Positions 49,322 through 57,556 of a DNA stretch of 64,000 nucleotides are shown here, piece by piece. Location: positions 8,599 to 72,598 of the IMG/VR virus record IMGVR_UViG_3300012665_000674; one strand, written 5' to 3'. The notes under the pieces were generated by a model. That model worked only from the letters and a program-made list of their open reading frames with translations, was not told where the DNA came from and did no database searches. This DNA is from a virus. Lineage: Duplodnaviria; Caudoviricetes. Made by a program: the position numbers and the translations under genes. The number at the start of each line of letters is the position of its first letter. The first letter of the stretch is position 1.

Positions 49322-50758
49322 CTACTTTTTTAATGAATTTAATAATGTTTTAAGTTTTGATCCCTGAACATCTGCTAAAACTCTTTTATTATCAGGTTCT
49401 AATATTTCCCCTGTAGCCTGATTAATAATGGTATCAGAAGATGCCAATGTAGACTGTGGTTTTAATCTAGTCATAATGTCATTTGGACTAGGACTAGGTT
49501 TGAATTTTGATTGTTGTTCAGCATATCCGTCTGGATCAGTATCTGTTATTCGCATAGTTTCAATGTTATATTCCAAATCAATCTTTTGTCCTACGCCAGT
49601 AGAACTACGACTTTTCATACATTGAATTTGATATTGACCACGTTCACGCATACTACGACTTGTAAAAATACCGAACACATTATCTGCTGTATTAATTTTA
49701 CTGATACCACCTGCAATGTGACTATGATCGAATTCAATTTCTTCAACTGCGCTACGATTCAACTGACTTGCGGTAACCATAAGAATACCTAATTCTTTTG
49801 CTAAGTTACGCAATTCTTCACTTACGTATTTGTCTTTGATAAACTGATCGTTAGGATTTACCTTGACACTAACTGGCATAACCAAATCAAGATAATCAAT
49901 CATTACAAAGTCAACTTTGATTCCAGTTTGAATTTGTACTTCTTTTAAATATGACCTAATATCATTGACATTGCTTTGTGCAGGCAAACCCTTAACACGA
50001 TACTGTCCTGATTTTTTACCTGCCAGTTTTACTTTAAGTTCAGTATTATCAATATCTTTACGAATATCTCTGGTACTCATCATAGTCAACATAGCATCAG
50101 TTCTCAATGAAGTCAATTCTTCACTCAATTCTAAACTGATATAAACACCACTGAGCCCTTGTTGCAGCCAGTTAAGTGCAATATTCATCATAACCAATGA
50201 TTTACCTGAACCACTACCACCTGCAAAGATATTCAATTCACCACGACTGAATCCACCATACAATAGTTTATCAAGTTGCGGCCACCCTGTACTTACTTGT
50301 CCACCTGAATTGAAATACTTGTTAATACGTGCTTTAGGATCAGCAAAGTAATCAGTGCCCATGTCTCGTTGTAAACTAATCTGTACTGCATCTTTGATTA
50401 ATTTTTCAACAGGGCCAAAGTCACCCTTCTCTAGCATGTCGGCTGATTTAAGAATTGCTCGTTCTAATTCTTGTCGTTTTGTAAATGATTCAAACTCAGC
50501 AAGAAACCATTCAGTATGTTTGTCACCAAAATCTTCAATGGCATCAAGCTGAATGCCTGTAGTTGCATTGATTTGTGTACAGTCAGGTAACAAACTATAT
50601 TTTTCACTATACTCCTTCATAAACTCTGCTACAGGTCTTAGTGACTTGTCAAAGTTTTCCGGATTCATTATGTTCATTACCCGTGTATATAATTCTGCGT
50701 TTGTAATCATCATACGCAAAAAGAGTTTTTGAACCTCAATATTATAATCCTTTAGCAA
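49322..50758 (-). CDS. gp41: replicative DnaB-type helicase (T4 gp41-like)
   Basis: AGGSGSGKS, ISLELSE, IDYLDL, TASQLNR, KSR. Confidence 0.93.
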   Translation of the reverse strand: MLKDYNIEVQKLFLRMMITNAELYTRVMNIMNPENFDKSLRPVAEFMKEYSEKYSLLPDCTQINATTGIQLDAIEDFGDKHTEWFLAEFESFTKRQELERAILKSADMLEKGDFGPVEKLIKDAVQISLQRDMGTDYFADPKARINKYFNSGGQVSTGWPQLDKLLYGGFSRGELNIFAGGSGSGKSLVMMNIALNWLQQGLSGVYISLELSEELTSLRTDAMLTMMSTRDIRKDIDNTELKVKLAGKKSGQYRVKGLPAQSNVNDIRSYLKEVQIQTGIKVDFVMIDYLDLVMPVSVKVNPNDQFIKDKYVSEELRNLAKELGILMVTASQLNRSAVEEIEFDHSHIAGGISKINTADNVFGIFTSRSMRERGQYQIQCMKSRSSTGVGQKIDLEYNIETMRITDTDPDGYAEQQSKFKPSPSPNDIMTRLKPQSTLASSDTIINQATGEILEPDNKRVLADVQGSKLKTLLNSLKK

Positions 50759-51713
50759 TTTTTTTCCTCTGCATTTCTATTTTAATTTTACTATTTGTTG
50801 CACTATGAAGTATACTTAGTAGGGTAGGCAATTTGCCATATTTAACTACTGCATCATTCACATCTTTTACGTCAGTATCCCAATCGGGTAAACTAACTTG
50901 ATATCCCAATTCTAATGCCCTATCACACATTTTTAATCCAGTCTTATCACGATCTGGCACAACAATAATTTGCTTGTTTAACGTGCTTAGTAGTTGTGCT
51001 TGGTCATTACTAATTTCATCATGCATGACTGCTACACCATCGATACTTAATGCATCAAATATACCTTCAGTTAAGATACAAACAATCCATTCAGGTTTCT
51101 GTGCATCTAAATTAAAAACATACCCTGGTTGTTGTTCATTGATATATTTTGGTATTTTGTTATCTAAGAATCTACTTGTATGACCAACTATTTTATTTTT
51201 GTATGTGTAGGGTATAATGACTCTGTTTGACATTCTACCAAATTCATTAGGAGTAATTAAAAACGGATAGTCGTTTGTATCTATCTTTCGTTTTTCTAAA
51301 TAGTCCACATATGATTTGTGTGCTGGGTTGTTACTATCAACAATCTCACCTTCAGGTAATACATGGTCGTTGAACTTTATTTTTACACGTTCTTTTTTTA
51401 CCTGCGTGAAATCTAATAAGTCTTTGTGTTGTAAACTTTCTAAACTCCAGCGTTGAACTTGTTCATTATCAACTCCGCACCAGCTTAATAGATTACGTGT
51501 TTTTGATGTGATGCTTCTACCCAATACAAAATTGCATTTGAACCCACAATTAAAGCAATGCATAGACCAATTATGGCCGTCAAGTTTTACTCCACCACGC
51601 ATTCTACGATCAGGTTTATGACCGAAGTGGTTGCAACAAACTGCGTTAAAGCTAGTCCAACCTGAACTTGTTAGTTTCTTTTTCCCCGGAAGTACTGATA
51701 GTATATCAAACAT
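50742..51713 (-). CDS. gp61: DNA primase (T4 gp61/DnaG-like)
   Basis: Zn finger (HCFNCG), TOPRIM TEGIFDA, PDRD, KDVND. Confidence 0.9.
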   Translation of the reverse strand: MFDILSVLPGKKKLTSSGWTSFNAVCCNHFGHKPDRRMRGGVKLDGHNWSMHCFNCGFKCNFVLGRSITSKTRNLLSWCGVDNEQVQRWSLESLQHKDLLDFTQVKKERVKIKFNDHVLPEGEIVDSNNPAHKSYVDYLEKRKIDTNDYPFLITPNEFGRMSNRVIIPYTYKNKIVGHTSRFLDNKIPKYINEQQPGYVFNLDAQKPEWIVCILTEGIFDALSIDGVAVMHDEISNDQAQLLSTLNKQIIVVPDRDKTGLKMCDRALELGYQVSLPDWDTDVKDVNDAVVKYGKLPTLLSILHSATNSKIKIEMQRKKIAKGL

Positions 51714-51719
51714 CTAGAC

Positions 51720-51749
51720 AGTGTAACATATTTGTATACAGTAAATCAA
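51720..51749 (-). promoter_or_regulatory. sigma70-type promoter, predicted leaderless
   Basis: TTGATT-18-TACACT, 6 nt before the ATG. Confidence 0.6.
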
Positions 51750-51762
51750 CAGTTGTGGTGAT

Positions 51763-52524
51763 TTACCTAGTTAATATGTTGGTGACTGCACCCGAGTTAC
51801 TGTTGAATTCCATTCTTATGTATGGATGATATCCTTGAATAACATACCCAAGTGTATCTGTTGTATTAGAAACGGTATCAGTTGTTATAATAGGATACCA
51901 ATCACCATCGACAATTGCTGAACCTTGAATTACAGTATTACCATAAAATTCTTCATACTTAGTTTGGATGGTCAAAACGGGATTGTCATTAGTAGAAAGC
52001 ACACTAGAATAGTAAGTCAGGTCACCACTTGAGTTACTAATGTTAGGGAATTGCTGACCACTTGGAATACTTAACTCATATGAAGCTACAAAGTTAGGTA
52101 ATACACTATTAACAATATTCATTACTCCACGTGCGCCTGCATTTTGATCTACGAATACAGGGTAGTCAAATTCACTCACAGGAATTTCTAAAGTATAGTA
52201 ACATTTCTGTGCTTCAATGTTTTCTAAGTCTGCCGCATTTAAAAACAATGCACAAATACCAGTAGCAGGCAACTGTAGTGTCAGTGCTTTTTGAATAAGG
52301 ATCTCATTTCCTTCGTAGTTAAGGATTCTACAGGTGATGCTCTTTCCAGTAATATCGACGGGTTTTTGTTCCTGATTAAGGAATTGGAATTGAAGTTGAT
52401 TGTCAACTCCTTTATGCAATGTTAATGGTTTTGCGTAGACTGGCATATATTTCCTTGGTGAATAGCCTGACAATAGCACGACAATATTGCGCTGAAAGTA
52501 ATAAAATACTGATGTTGAATACAC
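51763..52524 (-). CDS. putative structural protein (BppU-like N-terminal domain)
   Basis: LHKGVDNQLQF..NQEQKPVDITG; GTG start with AGGAG; CTAAATA upstream. Confidence 0.55.
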   Translation of the reverse strand: MYSTSVFYYFQRNIVVLLSGYSPRKYMPVYAKPLTLHKGVDNQLQFQFLNQEQKPVDITGKSITCRILNYEGNEILIQKALTLQLPATGICALFLNAADLENIEAQKCYYTLEIPVSEFDYPVFVDQNAGARGVMNIVNSVLPNFVASYELSIPSGQQFPNISNSSGDLTYYSSVLSTNDNPVLTIQTKYEEFYGNTVIQGSAIVDGDWYPIITTDTVSNTTDTLGYVIQGYHPYIRMEFNSNSGAVTNILTR

Positions 52525-52616
52525 AAATGTAGGCTCCTAATATTATATTTAGTCTAAAGAATTTTCTTTTATTAACTTTGGTTCACCCAATACTAAATAA
52601 AACTATTGATATTACA

Positions 52617-53000
52617 ATGATTCACAACGAATTTTTTAAACGTTTAAGCGAAAATCACCCGTTCATAACAGTGTGTTCATATGCCAACCAAGATTATGTT
52701 GGGATAGTACAAAATCGTGACGAAATGGTCACTACAATATATGACTATGGATCAATAATTGACCCTAATATTAAAGAGAAATTTTTAGAATTGGGGGAAG
52801 TTTGGTGGTGGGAAAGCAATCGACTTATTCCTATAAATCTATTTTTAAAGGAAGACTGGGCTATTTTTAAGCCCTACATTCGCACCTTTAACAACAAGAG
52901 CCTAGTAGTTGTGCATGGCCCTGTATGTAGCATGGCCGAGTTAAGTAAACGCAGGTCCAAACGCCGTAGTATTACTCTGGTCAAGAGACTCCCTCAATAA
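52617..53000 (+). CDS. hypothetical protein
   Basis: WWWESNRLIPINLFLK; overlaps the dnaE fragment B 3' end convergently by 60 nt. Confidence 0.7.
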   Translation: MIHNEFFKRLSENHPFITVCSYANQDYVGIVQNRDEMVTTIYDYGSIIDPNIKEKFLELGEVWWWESNRLIPINLFLKEDWAIFKPYIRTFNNKSLVVVHGPVCSMAELSKRRSKRRSITLVKRLPQ

Positions 53001-53552
53001 GTTCATATGAACTACAACTAGATTAGCATAAGCAATTGCATGTGCTTTTTTAAAAACATACCCATCTGTTCCCTTATCCCATACAGTCTTTGCAACTTCA
53101 CTCCAAGTTTTTCCGATTAAATGTTTTTTACCCGGACGAATTACCGCTAAGAACATAGCAAGTCTTGGAATACTATCTACTGGTTCTGGCATCTTTTGTA
53201 GATTATAAAACTGATTATTTAAGTGAATCAATTGTTCAACAAATTTACTGTCTGTTAACTTAGACCAATCAGGATCACGCATTAATTCTATTAAATGAAT
53301 TTCATCACGTACTTTTTCGTATACATGCACATTCAACAAATCTAATTTAAAATATCCACGTTTTTCTGCTTCTGTATAATCAATACTTGCAATATCATTG
53401 ATTGGATCATAGGGTATATCTGTAACATATATACCAGTTGCATGATTACGTATAGGCTTAACGTTACGCATAGCCGCACGTGTGTGCTTGATAAGTTTCA
53501 ATAAATGGTCTCGACTACCAAAGTCAATGTCAATGTCTGAATCGATTCTCAT
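52941..53552 (-). CDS. dnaE: DnaE-like (Pol III alpha) fragment B: catalytic aspartates and reduced fingers
   Basis: DIDIDF, HATGIY, YFKLDLL, AVIRPG, GYVFKKAHAIAYA match DnaE DFDVDF, HAGGVV, LVKFDFL, ALFRPG, GYGFNKSHSAAYA. Confidence 0.85.
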   Translation of the reverse strand: MRIDSDIDIDFGSRDHLLKLIKHTRAAMRNVKPIRNHATGIYVTDIPYDPINDIASIDYTEAEKRGYFKLDLLNVHVYEKVRDEIHLIELMRDPDWSKLTDSKFVEQLIHLNNQFYNLQKMPEPVDSIPRLAMFLAVIRPGKKHLIGKTWSEVAKTVWDKGTDGYVFKKAHAIAYANLVVVHMNLLRESLDQSNTTAFGPAFT

Positions 53553-54109
53553 CGAGGTGCTACCAATCCTGCTTTCATTAATTTCATATATGCTTGTTGT
53601 ACAACAATAGCCTGTCGTTCTGCATCTTCTACTGCTTTGTGACTAGTGACATGACCACCATCTTTAAGTTTTACACCAGCGACTTCATATAAAGTTCTAG
53701 TATCTCTAACAGTCCAGAATTCCCAGGGTATAGGATTAGGCTTTTCACTTGTTTGTCGCCATGCATGTTCCATTACTACACAGTCAAAACTTGCACCGTT
53801 ACTCCAAACAGCACGACGGTTCCAACAAAACTTGTATAGTTTTTCCATACATACATCAAATGGCTCTCGCCCCCAGTCACCCATAGCCTCTTCAATTGCT
53901 TCTGGACTTTGTTCTCCCCACCAGCGCATAGTATCATCATTGATGCTTCTATTGTACTTTTCAGTTTGATCCTCAATTGTAGGTCTGAGTTCTAGTTTAT
54001 CAACGATGCCTGAGCCTTTAGGATCAAATCTTACTGCACCAATAGTAAGTATAACACAATCAGGTGTTGTGTTCAAACTTTCAATGTCTATCATTATATC
54101 ATTTGCCAT
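53549..54109 (-). CDS. DEDDh 3'-5' exonuclease
   Basis: IMIDIES, WSNGASFD, RDTRT, HKAVEDA. Confidence 0.9.
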   Translation of the reverse strand: MANDIMIDIESLNTTPDCVILTIGAVRFDPKGSGIVDKLELRPTIEDQTEKYNRSINDDTMRWWGEQSPEAIEEAMGDWGREPFDVCMEKLYKFCWNRRAVWSNGASFDCVVMEHAWRQTSEKPNPIPWEFWTVRDTRTLYEVAGVKLKDGGHVTSHKAVEDAERQAIVVQQAYMKLMKAGLVAPR

Positions 54110-54500
54110 TTTGTGTATCTCTTAAATATTTTGCTGCCTTCTCTAACAATTTAGGATTGTCTTTAAAATTGCCACATCCTAAATTGCACTTTCTACATAA
54201 CCATCCGCGAAATGTTTTTAGTTCGTGATTGTGATCCATCACCCATGGTCTACCTTTTTTACGTAGTGTTGGATTAATATTTTCATTCAATTGTTTTTCT
54301 GTCTGTTCGCAAATAGGACAAATATGATTGTCGGGTATTGATGGTGCAGTTTTTCTTATTTCATTACGTTCTTTAGCAAGCATTCGATCACATGCTTTAC
54401 AATCAGACCTTAGTTTTTTACCACCGCTATCATTACCAAATTGATTCAATGGTTTGATACATTTGCATCTATTACAAATCTTTGATATTAATTTTTCCAT
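54099..54500 (-). CDS. endonuclease VII-like (His-Me finger) nuclease, possibly homing-type
   Basis: CPIC, MDHNH, FRGWLCRKCN plus an N-terminal CxxC pair. Confidence 0.85.
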   Translation of the reverse strand: MEKLISKICNRCKCIKPLNQFGNDSGGKKLRSDCKACDRMLAKERNEIRKTAPSIPDNHICPICEQTEKQLNENINPTLRKKGRPWVMDHNHELKTFRGWLCRKCNLGCGNFKDNPKLLEKAAKYLRDTQNGK

Positions 54501-54525
54501 AACTCGTATATAATTTTAAATTTGT

Positions 54526-54771
54526 CTATGACCACTTTAGAAGAAAAAATGTTAGGTCTTCGTCTTTACATAGTATTAATTCTCCGTTCACCGTGTCATC
54601 TAACCATCTACTAGATTCAATTTCTTCTTGATAGCCACTATTGCCGAAGTTATTAGTACACCATTCTCGTATTTCATCAGAGTCAATTTCTCCGTGACCC
54701 TTCCAAGAAATAGTATGTATCTTTTTCTTGCTACCATAGTAACTTTCTGTTTTATGCGTGAATGCGGTCAT
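54526..54771 (-). CDS. small FxLxW-family protein
   Basis: EWCTNNFG...DEDLTFFLLKWS. Confidence 0.75.
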   Translation of the reverse strand: MTAFTHKTESYYGSKKKIHTISWKGHGEIDSDEIREWCTNNFGNSGYQEEIESSRWLDDTVNGELILCKDEDLTFFLLKWS

Positions 54772-54980
54772 TTTGCTTTCTTACTTGTATAAGGTTGTTC
54801 TACTCTAGGTAATCCGCAATCAGCACAATTACATCTTGCCCATATACTACCCCATTCATTACGCTCAACCACATCGTAGCTTGTCCAGCGATGAAACCCT
54901 AAACGACACTTCCATGATTGTACAGGTTTAAGTCCTGCGACTGTTCTCCAAGTGTTCTCTGCTGTATTCATATCTTCCAC
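54768..54980 (-). CDS. small Cys/His (Zn-binding) protein
   Basis: CRLGFHRW...CADCG. Confidence 0.7.
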   Translation of the reverse strand: MEDMNTAENTWRTVAGLKPVQSWKCRLGFHRWTSYDVVERNEWGSIWARCNCADCGLPRVEQPYTSKKAK

Positions 54981-55252
54981 AATTCATACATAACTTTAAA
55001 TTTGTCTTCCCATATGATGATTGTAACATTTCCTGACGTTAAAAGAAAGTCCCAACCACTACCTCTTTCACCGAAATTGCGTCTGCACCATTTTACAATG
55101 ACACTCGGATCTTCTTTCTTACTCTTACAATCGTATATATATTGCACCCTATTATGCCTACCCATATAAGTACGGTCTATAACCTCGTATTGTATTTCGT
55201 CTTCTCTGATTGGTATTGGTACAAATGTACCTGTAGATTTAGTTATTGCCAT
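54968..55252 (-). CDS. small FxLxW-family protein
   Basis: KWCRRNFG...EDKFKVMYELWKI. Confidence 0.7.
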   Translation of the reverse strand: MAITKSTGTFVPIPIREDEIQYEVIDRTYMGRHNRVQYIYDCKSKKEDPSVIVKWCRRNFGERGSGWDFLLTSGNVTIIIWEDKFKVMYELWKI

Positions 55253-55461
55253 TTTAATCCATAATAAGTTGCTAATGATTCTTTATAAAAGTGAAACAGT
55301 ACATAACTAGGTTTGGATTCAATCAGTCCCGTAAAGTTGTCTTGTATACTAGGATGATATCTAAAATCAAAATCTATGCCCTGAACATAGCCGGCTTCAC
55401 GCAATTCATTTGCTCGTTCTATTGCTTTTGCCGCAGATGTTTCTAGTTTAAGATTAATCAT
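55243..55461 (-). CDS. small FxLxW-family protein
   Basis: FHFYKESLATYYGLKWQ. Confidence 0.75.
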   Translation of the reverse strand: MINLKLETSAAKAIERANELREAGYVQGIDFDFRYHPSIQDNFTGLIESKPSYVLFHFYKESLATYYGLKWQ

Positions 55462-55739
55462 TGATACTTTAATAAAAATATTATATATTTTTTCTCATCC
55501 ATAATCTTGTACCCATCAGTGATGTTTCCATTTACGATATTCATTTTGATGCCGTAATTTGCTTCTAGGTAATCTTCAAATTCATATGCATCAAACTGTG
55601 CTTCTAACTGATTCAGTGATTCCATGTATTCTTTGCGTACAATTTTTAATGCTTCCCAATACTTCCAACGGTTCTTTCTATGCTCTATCATAGGATCATT
55701 ATCGTCATAATCTTGAAAAGATTTAGGTATATTAGTCAT
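55458..55739 (-). CDS. small FxLxW-family protein
   Basis: DEKKYIIFLLKYQ. Confidence 0.75.
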   Translation of the reverse strand: MTNIPKSFQDYDDNDPMIEHRKNRWKYWEALKIVRKEYMESLNQLEAQFDAYEFEDYLEANYGIKMNIVNGNITDGYKIMDEKKYIIFLLKYQ

Positions 55740-55960
55740 TGCGGAAACATTAATAAAAAAAAGGTAGCATATCTGTCATCTTCTAATGTTAGAGTCCACT
55801 GACTAGGTACTTCATACCTCGAATACTTTTCATATTTGGCAATCCAACCCTGACCCCCTACGCTATTATGAAGGTAATGCATTCTAGGCCCAATATTCTT
55901 TGCTAGCCATTGTTCTTCTTCGGATTGTAGTCTACCTTTAAGGTTAATAGTTATTGCCAT
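55736..55960 (-). CDS. small FxLxW-family protein
   Basis: QWLAKNIG...EDDRYATFFLLMF. Confidence 0.75.
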   Translation of the reverse strand: MAITINLKGRLQSEEEQWLAKNIGPRMHYLHNSVGGQGWIAKYEKYSRYEVPSQWTLTLEDDRYATFFLLMFPQ

Positions 55961-56196
55961 GTTAATGTAAACATTATATAATCACGCTCGTATCTAAATT
56001 TAAATTTACCATGATCTTGACACCAAATCCACCGAGCATGTTTTTCAACGTTGTCAACTTTATTATACAACCATTCTAGCATATTTTCATGTTTATCGGG
56101 TGAGTTATTGTATATGATAGCTTCATGCCAACCTGGATTAGAGTTTTCCCATCCTCTAGCACCATCAAAATAGTTAAAGGTGTATATCATTGCCAT
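55951..56196 (-). CDS. small FxLxW-family protein
   Basis: start MAMIY; FKFRYERDYIMFTLTWQ. Confidence 0.75.
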   Translation of the reverse strand: MAMIYTFNYFDGARGWENSNPGWHEAIIYNNSPDKHENMLEWLYNKVDNVEKHARWIWCQDHGKFKFRYERDYIMFTLTWQ

Positions 56197-56498
56197 CTTA
56201 ACAAAAACCATTCACAATCTTTTTTGTCTTTAAACCAAAACTTAGAATTATTAGCATACCATCTTTCATTTGGTGTCCATACTCCCGGTTTATTTTCTGT
56301 ACCGCTTGGTCCGTATGTAAACACACACCATTCAACCATTTCATTCCATTCTCCGCTAGACACAATTGGAGTTACTTGATGGTAAGGCATACCATACACA
56401 CTACCTGTACCATCATGGTTCACATTACGCATTGCGGCCCAGCCACCGTTAGTCCCGTATAATTTATTAGTCATTTGACGCTTTTTAATCATATCCAT
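56187..56498 (-). CDS. small FxLxW-family protein
   Basis: EWCVFTYG...FWFKDKKDCEWFLLRWQ. Confidence 0.78.
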   Translation of the reverse strand: MDMIKKRQMTNKLYGTNGGWAAMRNVNHDGTGSVYGMPYHQVTPIVSSGEWNEMVEWCVFTYGPSGTENKPGVWTPNERWYANNSKFWFKDKKDCEWFLLRWQ

Positions 56499-56734
56499 TT
56501 TAATGCAAAAAATGTATGACTTTCTTCATTGTCCCAACGCAAGTACCAACCCTGTGTTTTAGATTGAATCAGTTTTCCACCTAGTGGTTTGAGTTCATGG
56601 TTTGCTACTGTGATAGGTTTCCAATCATTTTTTCTCGCAATAGTGACACAATGATTCCAAAAGTTTTCAAAATATTTGGGCCAAGGTGCTATCCACATGC
56701 CAGGTAAATCTACTATAAACTTATCAGTCACCAT
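56489..56734 (-). CDS. small FxLxW-family protein
   Basis: LRWDNEESHTFFALKWI. Confidence 0.75.
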   Translation of the reverse strand: MVTDKFIVDLPGMWIAPWPKYFENFWNHCVTIARKNDWKPITVANHELKPLGGKLIQSKTQGWYLRWDNEESHTFFALKWI

Positions 56735-57027
56735 CTTAATGTCATCCAGGTTAATAATTCTTCATTTACTAAAAATCTTGTCATAGAATAATGACAATCA
56801 TCTGTTTCTTCTGCATACTTCCATAAGTGCAGAGGTTGAGTAAGTATCCATTCTTCAACTTCTGGACGCACATCAATAGCTATACAATTATGAGAGTATA
56901 ACAAGGTTTCGTTTTGATTCTCAATGATTAGGTAAGGCTTGAACCCAACCATCCCGTTTTCTACTTTAAATGGGCTAAATGGGTCATCGGGCTTAGTAAA
57001 CTTTTGTGCTTTAAGTCGTAATTTCAT
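56728..57027 (-). CDS. small FxLxW-family protein
   Basis: EWILTQ...FLVNEELLTWMTLRW. Confidence 0.75.
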   Translation of the reverse strand: MKLRLKAQKFTKPDDPFSPFKVENGMVGFKPYLIIENQNETLLYSHNCIAIDVRPEVEEWILTQPLHLWKYAEETDDCHYSMTRFLVNEELLTWMTLRW

Positions 57028-57326
57028 CTATATTCTTTCATGGTGAGTTCTTCATACTCACCTGCAAACGCTATTCTGAATACTTTAGCGGCTTCGCTGT
57101 GTTCAAATTGTATCACATCATACTTTATCGGTCTATCCATCTTGCTGTAAACACTCTGCCACTCAACATGCCACCGACTGAATGGACCTTTCTCAGGATA
57201 TTGTTGTGCCCACTCATACATTTCAGTTGTACAAGGATCGACTTTGAATCTGTATGTAAAGACTGGGCGATTGTTGCCGCCACCACTATAGAAGTATTCC
57301 ATCAACTCCACCTCAATATGAACCAT
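57024..57326 (-). CDS. small FxLxW-related protein (start probably MEYF at 57302)
   Basis: EWAQQY...IQFEHSEAAKVFRIAF. Confidence 0.7.
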   Translation of the reverse strand: MVHIEVELMEYFYSGGGNNRPVFTYRFKVDPCTTEMYEWAQQYPEKGPFSRWHVEWQSVYSKMDRPIKYDVIQFEHSEAAKVFRIAFAGEYEELTMKEYR

Positions 57327-57556
57327 TCAGCTTCTTTTACATCTTCAAACAAATATTTTTTTTCAAATCTACGCCAATGACTTTTGCAATGTTCTAACAA
57401 CCAAAAATTAACATCGTTAGCGTGATAGTTATCTTGAAAATAAAATTCAACAGGAGTCCAACCAATCTCAATTAACATGTGTGACATAATGCCTTCGTCA
57501 ATTTCTTTTGCCATTTTTTTAGACATTATTTCTATTAGTTCTTGTTCAGGTGACAT
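57302..57556 (-). CDS. small FxLxW-family protein
   Basis: YLFEDVKEAEWFILRWS. Confidence 0.78.
   Translation of the reverse strand: MSPEQELIEIMSKKMAKEIDEGIMSHMLIEIGWTPVEFYFQDNYHANDVNFWLLEHCKSHWRRFEKKYLFEDVKEAEWFILRWS

Noticed and set aside
11872-53552. Cyanobacterial-type trans-splicing split-intein dnaE, or pseudogene remnants
   Set aside because: No intein N-terminal block or terminal HN/C junction on either piece; both ORFs are intact, keep catalytic motifs and have expression signals
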